A stretch of DNA of 63,424 bases, the filler included, from Octopus bimaculoides (taxonomy: Eukaryota), in the NCBI RefSeq assembly GCF_001194135.2. It is 7 parts of 6 records of this genome, joined end to end, with 100 filler letters (N's around TTAATTAATTAA, not from the genome) between each part and the next. Parts side by side here need not be neighbours in the genome. Positions count along the whole stretch, not along the records: positions 1 to 24,833 come from NC_069006.1; 6 more parts are not named here. The stretch is one strand, 5' to 3'. Of the stretch, positions 1-12,990 are shown piece after piece. The notes beneath the pieces are model-generated. The model made no database searches. It saw only the letters and a program-made list of their open reading frames with translations, and was not told the DNA's origin. The number at the start of each line of letters is the position of its first letter. Position 1 is the first letter of the stretch. Made by a program: the position numbers and the translations under genes.

Positions 1-893
1 ATATATATATACATATATGTATACTCACACATATACGTATACATCTAAACACATATACACACACATCCATATATGCTCTTTTTCTTCTAGTGTTCAGCAA
101 ACATACAAGATATAATGGGGGTTTTTTTCTATGAAAACAGTCAATCAATCAGTAAAAGGTTAGTAGAAGAATTTTGTTTAGAATTAATGAAAATTAATAA
201 AACTTTCAGTGATCAAATTAATAGTTAATTCTGATAATTATCATTATAAGAGAGCAAGAACAGATGTTTTAAAATTAAATATAATTTAATAGATCAATTT
301 AGTATGAAACATTTATGTTCTAATTTGGTGATGCTGTCCAAACAGATGTAATCTTCTGAGCCATTGTAATTTATATATATGTATGCTTGATAGTCAGTCA
401 GAAACTGATGCTGAAGAAACTTATGTTGCCAATTGAAAAATAACTAAATTAGAAGTTGGAACAAGACTTCTGTCTTTCTCAAAGGTGTTATAGATTATGT
501 TTTTTTTTTTTTACTTGATACTAAGAATTTATAATAATTTGTTTTCACATGGAAGGATTAAGAATATAATTTTTCTAGTTACAAAAATAATATTGGAATT
601 CAGTATAATGTAATATTGTTGAAAGAATTTTATGAATACTTTTGCAACTGGATGTGTGTAAGGGGAGGTGAGAGTATGTGCAAGATGAAGAGAAAAAGAA
701 AAACAGAATTCAATGCAAATAGAGATAGGGAGAGAAGGGGAAATATCTACTTTCCACTTATGTCTCTGCTCCAGATAAATATACAAGCCAATCAATCAAG
801 AAAAAAAAACCATTTGCAATAAAGACAGGTATTTCAGAGACTAATTACAAAAGTTGGTGAAGTTTTAAGCATGTTTACATCACCACAAGTGTG

Positions 894-938
<45 letters not shown>

Positions 939-985
939 ATGCATATGCATATTATGGAAAGATTTTAAAAAGATCATATCTATCT

Positions 986-1150
986 CAGGCACAGGTGTAG
1001 ATATGTGGTAAGAAGTTTGCTTCCCAACCACATGGTTCCAGGTTCTATTTCACTGTGGCACCTTGGCCAAGTGTCCTCTGCTATAAATCTCAGGCTAACC
1101 AAACATTATGGATGGATTAGGTAGACAGAAACTGAAAGAAGTCTGTTGTA
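986..1150 (+). mobile_element. tRNA-derived SINE family A, 5' half
   Basis: Head TGTGGTAAGAAGTTTGC..GGTTCCAGGTTC (A/B-box-like) followed by GGCACCTTGG..GTAGACAGAAACTGAAAGAAG, shared with many copies in the window. Confidence 0.8.
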
Positions 1151-1164
1151 TGTATATATATATA

Positions 1165-1195
<31 letters not shown>

Positions 1196-1344
1196 AAATG
1201 ATGTGAGGGGTTTTCATCAAGGTGACTCAAACTAATAGATACACATTCTGAGTGCTCGAATTGGTATGCCACTAAGATATCCTTGTCAAGTCTTACTCAA
1301 CGATTTACCTTTCCATTTCTGCTTTAATCTATCAATATGATATA

Positions 1345-1580
1345 TCATCATCATCATTATTATCATGTTAACATTCACATTTCCATCCTTGCATAGGTTG
1401 GATGGAGTTTATTGAGGCAGATCTCCCATGGCTGGATGCCCTTCCTATCACCAACCCTTACCTGTCTCCAAACAAGGTAATGTTTCCCTATTGTCAGATA
1501 TGCTGATGTAGCATGTTGGAAATGAATAACATGCATTTACAACAATCACACAATGTTGAGAGAAGGTGACACAAACATAC
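1345..1580 (-). mobile_element. RTE-type LINE/SINE 3' tail fragment with (ATG)n end
   Basis: (CAT)n followed by TTTCCAT..GCATAGGTTGGATGG..GGCTGGATGCCCTTCCT; homologous to 4475-4690, 18921-19080 and 21180-21340. Confidence 0.7.
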
Positions 1581-1596
1581 ATACATACATACACAT

Positions 1597-1965
1597 CGCA
1601 GGCATGGCTGTGTGGTAAGAAGCTTGCTTTTCAACCACATGGTTCTGGGTTCAGTCTCACTCTGTGGCACCTTGGGCAAGTGTCTTCTACTATAGCCTTG
1701 GGATGACCAAAGCCTTGTGAATGAATTTGGTAGACAGAAACTGAAAGAAACCCGTATATGTTTGTATGTCTGTGTTTGTCCGGCTACTATCGCTTGACAA
1801 CCGATGTTGATGCATTTATGTCCCTGTAACTTAGCAGTTCAGCAAAAGAGACCGATAGAACAAGTACTAGGCTTACACAGAATAAGTCCTAGGGTTGATC
1901 TGTTCGACTAAAGGTGGTGCTCCAGCATGGCTGCAGTCAAATGACTGAAACAAGTAAAAGTAAAA
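1597..1965 (+). mobile_element. SINE family A, full length, CpG-decayed
   Basis: GCAGGCATGGCTGTGTGGTAAG head, central microsatellite, tail GGTGCTCCAGCATGGCTGCAGTCAAATGACTGAAACAAGTAAAA. Confidence 0.9.
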
Positions 1966-2031
1966 CAATATACATACATACATATATACATATATATATA
2001 TGCATACACACCACTCACATACAATGAACTC

Positions 2032-2190
2032 TTTTTAGTTTCTGTCTACCAAATTCTTTCACAAGGCTTTACTCAGCCTTGGGCTAGTGTAGAAGTTGTT
2101 TGCCCAAAGTGCCATACAGGGAACTGAACTCAAAACCATGTGGTCTGGGAAGAGGCAAGCAACCTTCTTAATCACACCACCACACCTGTG
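2032..2190 (-). mobile_element. SINE family A, 5' half
   Basis: Reverse complement of the family A head (TTTCTGTCTACCAAAT..CAAGGCTTT..CAAAGTGCCA..ACCATGTGG). Confidence 0.75.
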
Positions 2191-2584
2191 CATATATAAA
2201 TATATATTGCAGCCATTCAATTTCTTTACAAACGACAGATAGACAGACATTTCACGGAAAATTCATTCTCCCATTAATTAAATAAAATACAGCATATTAC
2301 TTTTTCTTAATATTTAATTTAATTCCATTTCAATTAAAATATGTACTCCCCTAATATTCCTAGACAGACAGTTTCAATATGGTTGTGTCTCGTAGGTATA
2401 AACTAATTAGTAGTGATAAAAATTAAAAAGAAAAAAGTGAAAATTGATAAAGACAGATAGAAAAATTTGATACAAACATTTAGTAAATATCAATATAGTT
2501 CAGTTCATTTTTAGTTCAAGTACAAAGGAAGGTAAATTAAAATTGATATAAAGATTTTAAAATCTCATAAAATACAGACACACA

Positions 2585-2620
<36 letters not shown>

Positions 2621-2870
2621 GAAGCTAATCCAGTGGCCTGTTACTCAGGAATTTCCCCAACACATTGTTGGTGCCTCATTCAGAGAACCTCCAAAATAAT
2701 AGTTTACTGGATCAACTTAAATAAATATTGTATTGCATGTGATTGATATTGCCTATGCATTAAGGACACCATGAAGCAATATCTGGCATTAAAGACCCAT
2801 CAAAGGGATGCCTAGAAAAGGGCAGTTAAATAACTATGAAAGTATTTCCATTCGCTATCAATCAATAGCA

Positions 2871-3102
2871 ACAGATTTTATATATTATACTTTTACAAGA
2901 AGAGGGATGATAGTGACTTTGAAGTTTCAGCCTACTAGCCCTTCATCAGACTGTACAATAGTTGGGTTTCTTTTAGCTTTATATAGACTATATAAAGTCA
3001 AAAAGAACCCGAGTGTCGTACAGTCCAATGAAGGCTAGCTGATCAAAACTTCAAAGTTACTGTCACCCCTTTTCCTGTAAAAGTATAATGTATAAAATCT
3101 GT
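2871..3102. mobile_element. Palindromic foldback/MITE-like element (about 115-bp arms, 1-nt centre)
   Basis: 2871-2986 aligns to the reverse complement of 2988-3102 at roughly 80% identity by eye; centre CTTTATATAG-A-CTATATAAAG. Confidence 0.85.
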
Positions 3103-3166
3103 ATGGACTCTACAAATTCTTCAGTTTCAAGTTAAATTGTTATTATAACTCAACATAAAGAACATA

Positions 3167-3383
3167 CACAATGGGGTGCTGAAAAGATCCTGGCTTTAGG
3201 TAAAAGAAAATACAGGAGGATCAGTTAAATATGTTTTTATTCAACATGTTCCTCTTTCAGGTTCACACACTTATCGCAGCGGTCCTTCAGTTTTTCTAAT
3301 CCTTGTAAAAGAACCTGGAAGGTTGGGCCTCCAATTAGGCCTTTCACGATACCCTTAAAGCCAGAAACTTTTCAGCACCCCAT

Positions 3384-3385
<2 letters not shown>
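3167..3385. mobile_element. Tc1/mariner-type MITE
   Basis: TIRs ATGGGGTGCTGAAAAGATCCTGGCTTT and AAAGCCAGAAACTTTTCAGCACCCCAT; TA at the left edge. Confidence 0.75.
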
Positions 3386-3436
<51 letters not shown>

Positions 3437-4474
3437 CAGAAATGAATAATGAAACAAGTAAACGCTATCACGCTAATAATGAGTTTGTTTGAGTTGAAGG
3501 AGTTGTATGGGAAACAAAAAATCAGAATTAAAAAAAGAATGTTGAAATAAAATGTTGAATTTATCAAATTAAAATCAAACTGATTTGATATCTCATTAAA
3601 TTATAATGTCACAACACTAAGATGAACATAAAAAACTAGTATGCATGTGGAGGCGTTTATAGATGGGTAAGGTGTAGTGGATGTGTACGCGTATGCATTA
3701 CAGTGTGTGTGTGGATGTACATGGGTGAGAATAGGTGTGGGTATTTGTTTGTATATCTAAAGGTGCCAGTGTAGAGTAGAGCATGTGGATGTGTGTGAGT
3801 GAATGCAATGTGTATGGTTGTATATGTGAGCAAGATACACATGTGTGAAGGTGCATGACAGCATAAGCTCGGCAAAATTTTGTAGATACAAAATCTGAAA
3901 CTTTATATGAGACATGTTTAAAAATGCAACAGAAAGAGCAATGACTGCAAAGGTCAGGCTGCTACAACAAATAAACAAAAGTAGTGTCTCACGGATTTAT
4001 TGAGGAAAACAATTAATAAAAGGATTAAGATATCTCTTGTATCTATCACAGTCAACATAGCTTTATGATTCTTTCTGTGTGCCCCCATCAACAGCCATGT
4101 CTATTCATGTGTAATCAATAACTTTAATAGTCTTAAAACTATTAAATTTATTGATTAGTCATGAACAGACATGACAAAACTGCATAAATGTAAGATTCCA
4201 TTATGTTTTCCTAAAAATATATGAGATTCTGACACAAACTGTTTAATCCACTTTACCTGCTGTTCATAGGGAAATGACTTAGAATAGTTGAGCCGTGGTC
4301 ACTCAACCTACTAGATATAGCAGCCAGATTTCTCTAAATTACACCCTGGTGTTTTGAATAAAGAAGTGACATAATTAATGCAACACCTAAGAGAAAGCTA
4401 GGATGGTCATAGATGGAACTTCTTTGATCCCACTGACATGAAATCACAGCAGTAGGAGGTCACTGAGGACATTC

Positions 4475-4690
4475 AACATCATCATCATTTTACCATCCAC
4501 TTTTTCATGCTTGTATGGGTCAGACAGAATATGTTGAAGCAGGTTTTTCTATAGCTAGATGGCCTTCCTGCCACCAACTCTTGTCTGTTTCCAAAAACTT
4601 ATGGCCAGACGTGTTTTCACAGAACACTGGAAATGAAAGACTATGCTTGTACAATGTGGACAGATATACTTACAACAAACCTGCAATATC
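4475..4690 (-). mobile_element. RTE-type 3' tail fragment
   Basis: (CAT)n plus TTTTCATGCTTGTATGGG..AGCTAGATGGCCTTCCTGCCACCAAC; same family as 1345-1580. Confidence 0.65.
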
Positions 4691-4705
4691 AAGAGAAGGA
4701 GACAA

Positions 4706-4759
<54 letters not shown>

Positions 4760-4769
4760 TAGATTTACA

Positions 4770-4930
4770 CAACGGGCTTCTTCTAGTTTCAGTCTACCAA
4801 ATCCACTCCTAAGGCTTTAATCAGCCTAGGGTTATAGTGGAAGGCACTTGCCCAAGGTGCCACACAGTGGAACTGAACCCAGATCCAAGTGGTTGGGAAA
4901 TAAGCATCTTGACAAAACAGCCACACATGA
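4770..4930 (-). mobile_element. SINE family A, 5' half
   Basis: CGGGCTTCTTCTAGTTTCAGTCTACCAAATCCACT..CCCAAGGTGCCAC..GAACTGAACCC. Confidence 0.8.
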
Positions 4931-5659
4931 ACCTATCATTCATGACAATAGCAGGAAGACACTAAATTGAACTTAAAGAGGGAAAAAAACAGAATTCAAG
5001 AAAACTCTTCATGGTTTACCTCAAAACTAATTCCTATTGACTTGAAAGTTATAACAGCAAAGTTATGTTTAGTCAACACTATTGTTCATTGTCAGCAGGA
5101 TTGCCAACAACCTCTTTATATTCACAGGAGGAGGTAACATTGTCAGCATTGTTTCATTGTTATGTGAAAGTGTTTTAGTGAATGATATTGAAATTGCCAT
5201 TCTTTGGCACTGCTGCACTTCAGTTTTGCATTACATGTTCTATATCTGTCATATCAGAAGGGATTAAGGCGGTTCGAAAGAAATGAAATTGACACAGAAT
5301 AGCAAAAAGTTAATAGTATAGAATTTTAAAATATAATACACATATTTGATCATACTAGATAGGTGAAAGGATGAAAGTCTAGCCTGATCATTTAGTTTGG
5401 AAAAGAATGGTTGTTATTTAGCCCTAGATCAACCTGAAGCAAGTAGACCAATTGTCAAAAGTGTTTCACCTGTGATTACCCATAGTTTTATGTTTTGTTT
5501 TCTTTTTTTTTGTTTTCGAGCATAGTGTATCAAGAATTACATTACCCAGTGTGTTCTTCTCTTAAAATAGTATATTGAGATCTGAAGATGGTTTAGCTGC
5601 TAACTCTAGCAGGTTAAGTGATCACTCAAAGGTTCCTTTACAGAGTTATCCATACAGGA

Positions 5660-6035
5660 GGAGGTGTGGCAGTGTGGTAAAGAGCTTGCTTCCCAACCAC
5701 ACAGTTCCAGGTTCAGTCCCACTATGTGGCATCTTGGTCTTTTTTTTTCTACTATAGCCTTGGGCCAACCAAAGCCATGTGAATGGATTTGATAGATGGA
5801 AACTGAAAGAAGCTGATTGTGTATGTGTTTGTATGTGTGTGTTCAACCACTTGGCAATCAGTATTGCTGTGTATATGTCCTCATAACTTACTGGTTTGGC
5901 AAAAGAGACCAATAGAATAAGTCTCAGGCTTTTAAAATTAAAATAAGTACTGGGGTTGGGGCATTCACCTAAAAGTTCAATGAAGTGCCCCAGTATGGCT
6001 GCAGTCTAATGACTGAAACAAGTAAAAGGTAAATG
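5660..6035 (+). mobile_element. SINE family A, full length
   Basis: Head GTGGCAGTGTGGTAAAGAGCTTGC and tail GTGCCCCAGTATGGCTGCAGTCTAATGACTGAAACAAGTAAAAG. Confidence 0.85.
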
Positions 6036-8422
6036 ATAGACCAGTTTATACAGAATAAAAGTAACTACAAATTTACCCTTCCATTCCATTTCCATTCACT
6101 AAATTTTTAAATCAATATTCATGTTTTTCTTTTACTTTTAATTCCCAGCCATATATCTAAAATATTATTTTTACTTATTTTCTGTAAATTATGAATTATT
6201 TTAATGTACATTTTTACACTAGCTTTCCTTACAAAGGGAGAGAATAATGATTAGTTTGTTTTATTTTATCTCTTCTTTTTAAGATTGAATAACTGAAGTT
6301 CAATATATGCAGAATATTATTAGGAAATAAAATTGTTTTTAATATAAATGTGAATAACTACACATTTTAACATCTGTAAATAATTGATTATTTTCAAAGT
6401 TTAGAAATGTTTCTGATTTTTGTAAAAAAAAAAAATCTATACAACATGATTCATCTCTATTAGCATTTAATGTATTCTCAATATTCTTTTTCTTTTTTGC
6501 TTTTCATTCTGTCTCCCTATTTTTCAATCCCCTTAGCTACTCCCTTCTCTCAAACTCACCTATCTTCCCCCATAAGTTGTAAAAAAAAATATCTCTTCTG
6601 ATTTCTGTAGCATTTAAAATCTTTAGAAATATTATTTCAAAAACTGGCCACCAGCAGTTGACTGCTTGTAAAAAGAGCTCAAAAATGACTCATTGAGAAA
6701 CAGTTGAGAGATTGATTCATAAGAAGAGGGGAAACCAGTTGATAGAGGAAGTTCACATTTGAGCTTCAGTTAAATGATAGAGTTACATTTAGGTTTCCCC
6801 TTGGTTAACACCTTGGGGTAGGTCTAATATTTTTCATTAAAAAAATAAAGTATTTGACAAATTCTATATAAAGGCAAAACATAAAATAATAAATAAATAC
6901 AAAATTGATGGAAAAAAAATAATTTTTTTCGACTGAACTGCATTTAGTTTCATGCAGTCTTTAAAAAAAAAGTTTCTTAGATATGTGAGAATTTAACAAA
7001 TTATGCTTTATTTTGATCAAACTGAAAAACTGTTAAAAATTTAAAATCATCAAAAAGATATAAATAAAAATCAATATTTCAAATCCTTTCTCATCATCTA
7101 TAGTGCATATTTGAACAGAAATAAATAAACAATAATAGCACAAGAATCAATATTCAGTATACTTATAAAATATTTCTATATAAATAACACTTATATATCT
7201 TCAACAATAAACTTATCTTACATTCTATATTACAAGGTCTTTTTTTTTTTCTAAATTTTGTAGAAAAATACTTTTTCCAACATCACTAATGTTTATCTTT
7301 CATTTTTTCACACTCCTTCTATCCTCCTCTCGTTTTAAAGACCAAACAGAGAATATCAACTGAAAACATTTTCTTAAACAATTAGAAAAAAAAGAATAAG
7401 ACATATTAATGTTCTTCATTTCTCCTTTAAAGTTTTCTTAATTTCATTATTTTAAATAAATTCACAGCCAAAATAGAGAAACCCTACTTTTAAAGGTTAC
7501 ATGTACACACACACACACACACACAAACACTCTCTCTCTCTTTTTTACCTTTTTTCATTTGTTTTCCTATTTTAGTCCTTGTTAACAACATGTGGCTCTT
7601 GTTAGTTCATAATAGCCTGAGACCATATTGAAGCTTTACTAATGGCATTATAATGGTGTGGGAGTTTAACATAGCAGAAAATCAAGCCCTAATTTTCTAT
7701 GGTAACTACTTATGCATTCAAAAGCATCACACACACACGCATACACACACGCACACAAAGCATCATCATCATTTTCATTGCTTTTAAATTCACTTTTCCA
7801 TGCAGGCAGGGGTTGAACAACTTTATTGAGGCAGACTTTATTTAATTACTGTCAAAAGCTATTTTAATATACATATTATCCTAAAGAATATATAAAAAAC
7901 AGCAAATGATGGAAGCATAAAGGCTGAAGGTTTAGATGATATTGTTGTGATTTAGCTGTAGGCCAGCCCTGGTTGAGCAGATCTATAAACCAAGACATTC
8001 CAGTTGTGACCATTCTGTCATTTGGAAAATCAAAATGTTGCCGAAAGTGTACTTATTTTTATGATGGTAGGGTGAAGTTAAAAAGAAACTTGGTTGCTGT
8101 CTTTGGCCAATCAAACAGCTACAGAGAAGCTACCTCTTGTCGGCTCACTAAGGATCTAGTTCTTATGGTTTCATCCAAGGTCTAACCTGATTGAGCAGAC
8201 TAATGATCAAAGACATTTCGGTATGATGTGATCTGAGAGAGACTTTTGTTAATATTTTAAACAGAGCAGGCAACCATGTAGAATTTCTCCTGAATGTATT
8301 AACCTGTCAAGAGTTTCACATGAAAATTCCTTTATTGACAAAAAATAGAATGAAGGTATATTAACAGGATCTTTCACTTTAATAGATTGGCCATCTCTAA
8401 AAGAGATATATCTTCTATCTTA

Positions 8423-8792
8423 GACTGCAGCCATGCTGGGGCACAGCCTTGAAGAATTTTTAGTCAAATGAATCGACCCCACTGCTTATTTGTTTTGTTT
8501 TTGTTTTTTTGTTGCTCCTGTTTTGAGCCTGTTACTTATTCTATCAGCCTCTTTTGCCAAACCACTAAGTTACAAAGATGTAAACACACCAACACCAGTT
8601 ATCAAACAATGGTCACACACACACACACACACACATGATGGACTTTCAGTTTTCACCTACCAAATCCACTCATAAGGCTTTGATCAGTCCAAAGCTACAG
8701 TAGAAACACTTGTCCAAGGTGGGACCAAAACTGCAGGACTAAACCTGGAACCATGGGGTTGGGAAGCAAGCTTTTTACCACACAGTCATGCT
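8423..8792 (-). mobile_element. SINE family A, full length
   Basis: Reverse complement of the family A tail, (CA)n core and head. Confidence 0.85.
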
Positions 8793-8861
8793 ATCAAAAC
8801 TGTTATATATATATATATATATATATATATATNNNNNNNNNNTATATATATAAAGTTCAAA

Positions 8862-8915
8862 AAAGGAAAAAGACAAAAAACAACAACGTGAGGACGTGAT
8901 ACAGATTGTGTTATA
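8862..8915. repeat. Truncated copy of the hammerhead-bearing repeat (no ribozyme core)
   Basis: AAAAACAACAACGTGAGGACGTG matches AAAAACAACAACGCGAGGACGTG at about 40204-40226. Confidence 0.55.
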
Positions 8916-11789
8916 CATATATATATATATATATATAGATGGATGGATGGATGGATAGATACAAAACAAAATCTATAATATTATTTTCCTAAAGGTTTGT
9001 TAATCTGATAACAAAACAGTATGTAGTGTATTGTACAGTTTGATGAAAAATGCTGCATCAAAATTGAAATGTCATAAACAATAAATTTAATTTGAATTCT
9101 TACTTCTCCCAGTGATATTGAAAAATGTAACTGATATAATAACATTTCCCCCTTAACTGTAGTTCAATCAATTTAATTTTCTGAATGCTATGAAATTAAA
9201 TCGATAACTGCAACAGTTTTCAGTCTTATCATTACTATCATTTACCAATTGGTGATTGAGATGGTGAATGGTGGTTGCAGAAATTCAAATTAACAACAGG
9301 TCAAACAACACAGAAACTAAAATAAAACATTATTTTTATTTGAAACATTAAAAAAAAAAAGCAATCCTCAATTTTCTTAATATTCTAAGAGAAAACACTA
9401 AAACAGATATAAATTTAAATATGAAATAGCCATATTGTATTGCTATAAATTATATAAGGCATAAATATATATGAAATTAGTTGATATTGAAATGATCTAT
9501 GTCCTTGTAGCAAATTGCCCATTGTGTTTCAGTGACTCTAATAAATCCTTTCTGTCTGTTTTGGGAGAAATCTATTAGTAATAAAATAAATGTAGTGTAC
9601 GGTAAGCATCAAAATTCTACTTTTGGAGACTTAATTGGTGATGTGAAAGTAATGAGACCAGAAATTACAGAGGTGGCACCTGAAATGACAAAAGAATCTC
9701 TGCTCTCGCCTTGTCTAGCTATAATTATGGATGTTTAAATGTTTCATTATTATTTTATGAATATTGTATAATCAAGAAATAAATTTCGCTGTTTTATTGC
9801 TCATATCAATAGTACATTTCTTACAATGTGACAAAAGCTCTTTACACAGCAGAAAAATATATATTTATTCAAATAAACATTTCCCTCTTTAATTATCTAT
9901 TAGTAACTTTATATACATATAATAGCAACTTGCAGAGCAACGTGTAACATAGAGTAGAAAATTATACCCAACTTCTTCTCATAAAAGCAAATAGATTGAA
10001 ATAAAATGAACATAAGAATACTTTAAACTTTCCAAGTCTAGAGCTGCTAACCAAAACAAAACAGTATAAAGCTCTTTTCTATTATTATATACCTTGTATT
10101 CCCATTTGCTAATCATTTGATAACAGGGTTTACGTTACAATAATTTGTAGTTGGCCTATGTCCAGAAAGTAATAAAGTTGGTGCTTAGAAATTTTAATTA
10201 ATTAAAGTTACATTTATGTCAGGGGAAAGAATCCTTGGTTTAATGACTGGCTTTGATCAAAATAGGAAGGCAGGACAATACCTGGTTTTTAATTAATTAC
10301 AGCTAATTGAAAATAAAATGTAGGTAGTGCAGTAGGGAGCTGATTTTGGCAACTCGGGGTATGTTTCAGCTTTATTAGACTTCCACAGTTCAATATAGAC
10401 TTTCCTATTCCAACCAGGCAACACTGACTTGGTGCGTGCGTGCGTGCATGTGAAAAATTACAACTGAAAATGCTATCAGCAGCTCTATACATGTTTCGGT
10501 CCTATCAAACTTCCTCTGGATATAATCGTTCCCAATCCTACCAGATAACACCACTTGACAAACACATGTAACTGCAGCTGATTATACTATCGCTGCTATT
10601 GTTTGTATGTTTAAGTCATTGAAGCAAAAATGTCACAACCTCTCAATCTCCTTTTCTTAAAAGTCTCAAGCTTCTTGAAGCTTTAGTAACAAACTTTTTC
10701 TTTCGTTTTTATTTACTTTTCTTTTTCATTCCTATTGTTTCTAATCTATATATTTCAAGCTTAACCCAATGTAGTTAGTCAAGTAAATAACTGCACTCAA
10801 TAAAGCTGGTCGGTTAAAATGTCTTATGGCTAATATTAACTACAATAGTAGGTTTGAGAGAATTAAAACACAATTTAGGGTTTATTTTACCGTAACATAC
10901 TAAACATTGTTATAGATGATGTTTTGTTGTATCCTTTATCTGTACTTATGAATTCCAGCCTGGAGATGATTAGTTCTGGTGGCGCAAAAGAAAAGCATCT
11001 AATACTCACTGCAAGGTTGTTGGCATTAGAAAAGGCATCTAACCATAGAAAATATACCAAAGGTGACAATGGATCTTGGGACAGTCCTGCAGCTTGTTGG
11101 ATCCTGTCAAATCTGCCAACCTATGCCAGCATGGAAAACAGACAAATGATGATGAATTCCAATCAACTTCTTTGAGTTGTGGACCCATATTAAAAAATCT
11201 GGCAGATCTTGATACTTTAGTAAAACCTTGTTAAGCAAGAATCACAGATTGCTTTGTTGTATTTCTTGTCATGTTCAGCCAAGCTTGCCTTTTATCGATG
11301 TTAACATGAGGTTGTAAAAAGAAAGTGGTCTTTTTTTTGCTTTTTCTTTTTCAAGTTTTGCACCTGTTCAAATTATTTTGTTTATAAACATTTTTGCAAG
11401 ACTCTCTTTGCCATTTCTTCAACATATTAATAACTATAAATATTTTATTAATAGATAAATTTTATCTATTAATAAATTTTATCTATAGATAAATTTTTTT
11501 ATCTATTTCCATCAACCCTGAAGAAACCCCTTAAAGCCAAAAAGTGATTCTATGTGATCACAAGTTGCTAGAAACAACAACCAAATCACTTCAAGCTATA
11601 CCTTACTGTCTTAAAACAAAGAACCTGTTGAATAGTCAAACATACACTATAGCTGAGGGGAAAAACAAGATGGTCAAGGATGGTATGCCTCTATACAGAC
11701 GTCAGTGCAAACAGAATTAACTTGAGATTTAATCCTATCATAACCATATTTTTGATGAAGTACACTGCCGCTTAGACAATTAATTTTTA

Positions 11790-12990
11790 AAATACTGATG
11801 CAGCAGAGCCAACCAAATATTCCCACTGCAGCAGGTTCTTGAGAAATCACAAGAGTATGGTCAAGAGGTGTATGCTTGCTTTGTAGATTTCAAAGAGGCA
11901 CACAACTGTGTTCCACGGGACTTGTTGTGGAAGGTTCTGCAAAAGTATGAAATCAATGGAGAGCATTTTGATGTCTTGAAATCCTTATATGGATACCCTA
12001 GTATTTGTGTTTGGATAAATGGTGCTAAATCAAAAGCATTCAATGTGGGTGTCAAACTTCACCAAGGGTGTGTACTGTCACTTGTCTGGATCATAATATT
12101 TATGGACAGGATTGACATGTGCAGCCAGGCTGGAGGTGGTACTGAAACCAGTGAGTGTAGGTTCAGTCAGCTAGAATTTGCAGATGACATGGTACTACTC
12201 GACTTGTTGGAAGGTGATCCCTAACATGTACGTGACAGGTTTGCTACTGAGGGATGTTTGGTAGGAATGAATATCAGTGCTGCAAGATGGTCAAGGATGG
12301 TATGCCTCTATACAGACGTCAGTGCAAACAGAATTAACTTGAGATTTAATCCTTTCATAAGGAAGCCTACACAATGCACTCTACATGTGAGCGGAGTTCC
12401 ACTGAAGCATGATGAGAAGTTCAAGTATTTCCGGGCCATTTTCATAAATGATGGAAGGCAGGAGGCTGAGTTAAGCACAAGAATTGCAGTTGCTGGTGCA
12501 GCAATGCATCAAAAGAAGGAAGATAGGTATAAAAGCCAGACTTGCTTTCTTCAATTCAGTGTTCATGCTGACCCTTACATATGAGCATGAATCTTGAGTA
12601 ATAACCAAAAGAACAGTTGTGAATACAAGCAGCCAAGGTGGGGTTCATCTGAAGGGTGTTTGGAGTAATGTCACTTGATAGAGTGTGTACTGTGGCACTC
12701 CAGGTAGAACTGCTACTTCTCTGAATTGAGAGCTCACAGCTCCAATACTATGGACATGTGGTAAGAATGTCTTGGGAAAGAATCACATGACAGATTTTAC
12801 ATGCAAAGCCAACTGGCAGGAGACCCAGAGGGAAACAACAAAATGGTTGGATAATATCCATGAACTTGGTTGGTCTCACTTAGGGATCAAGCTGGATCAA
12901 TAAAAGATAGGAGCTTTTGACTGGAAGATATACTTGAGGACTCATCCCTATGATCCTCTCAGGAATAAGTGGGTGAAGATGAGATGAATA
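11790..12990 (+). mobile_element. Degenerate RTE-clade (Rex3/Expander-like) LINE, RT domain to 3' end
   Basis: Motifs ACFVDFKEAHNCVP, GVKLHQGCVLS, IFMDRI, LEFADDMVLL, EKFKYF, QYYGHVVRM, PTGRRPRG; contains stops and frameshifts. Confidence 0.9.

Noticed and set aside
6630-6765. Minus-strand open frame CELPLSTGFPSSYESISQLFLNESF..
   Set aside because: Bounded by stops with no credible acceptor; not recognised
10485-10525. Additional hammerhead-like strings (10485-10525 minus, 19825-19860 plus, 25625-25655 minus, 44085-44110 minus)
   Set aside because: Core mismatches, or no GAAA, or no pairing stem I; indistinguishable from chance without a family alignment
11289-11363. 75-nt minus-strand exon candidate (GAKLEKEKAKKRPLSFYNLMLTSIK)
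   Set aside because: Needs a non-canonical GC donor and has a weak acceptor; no homology recognised
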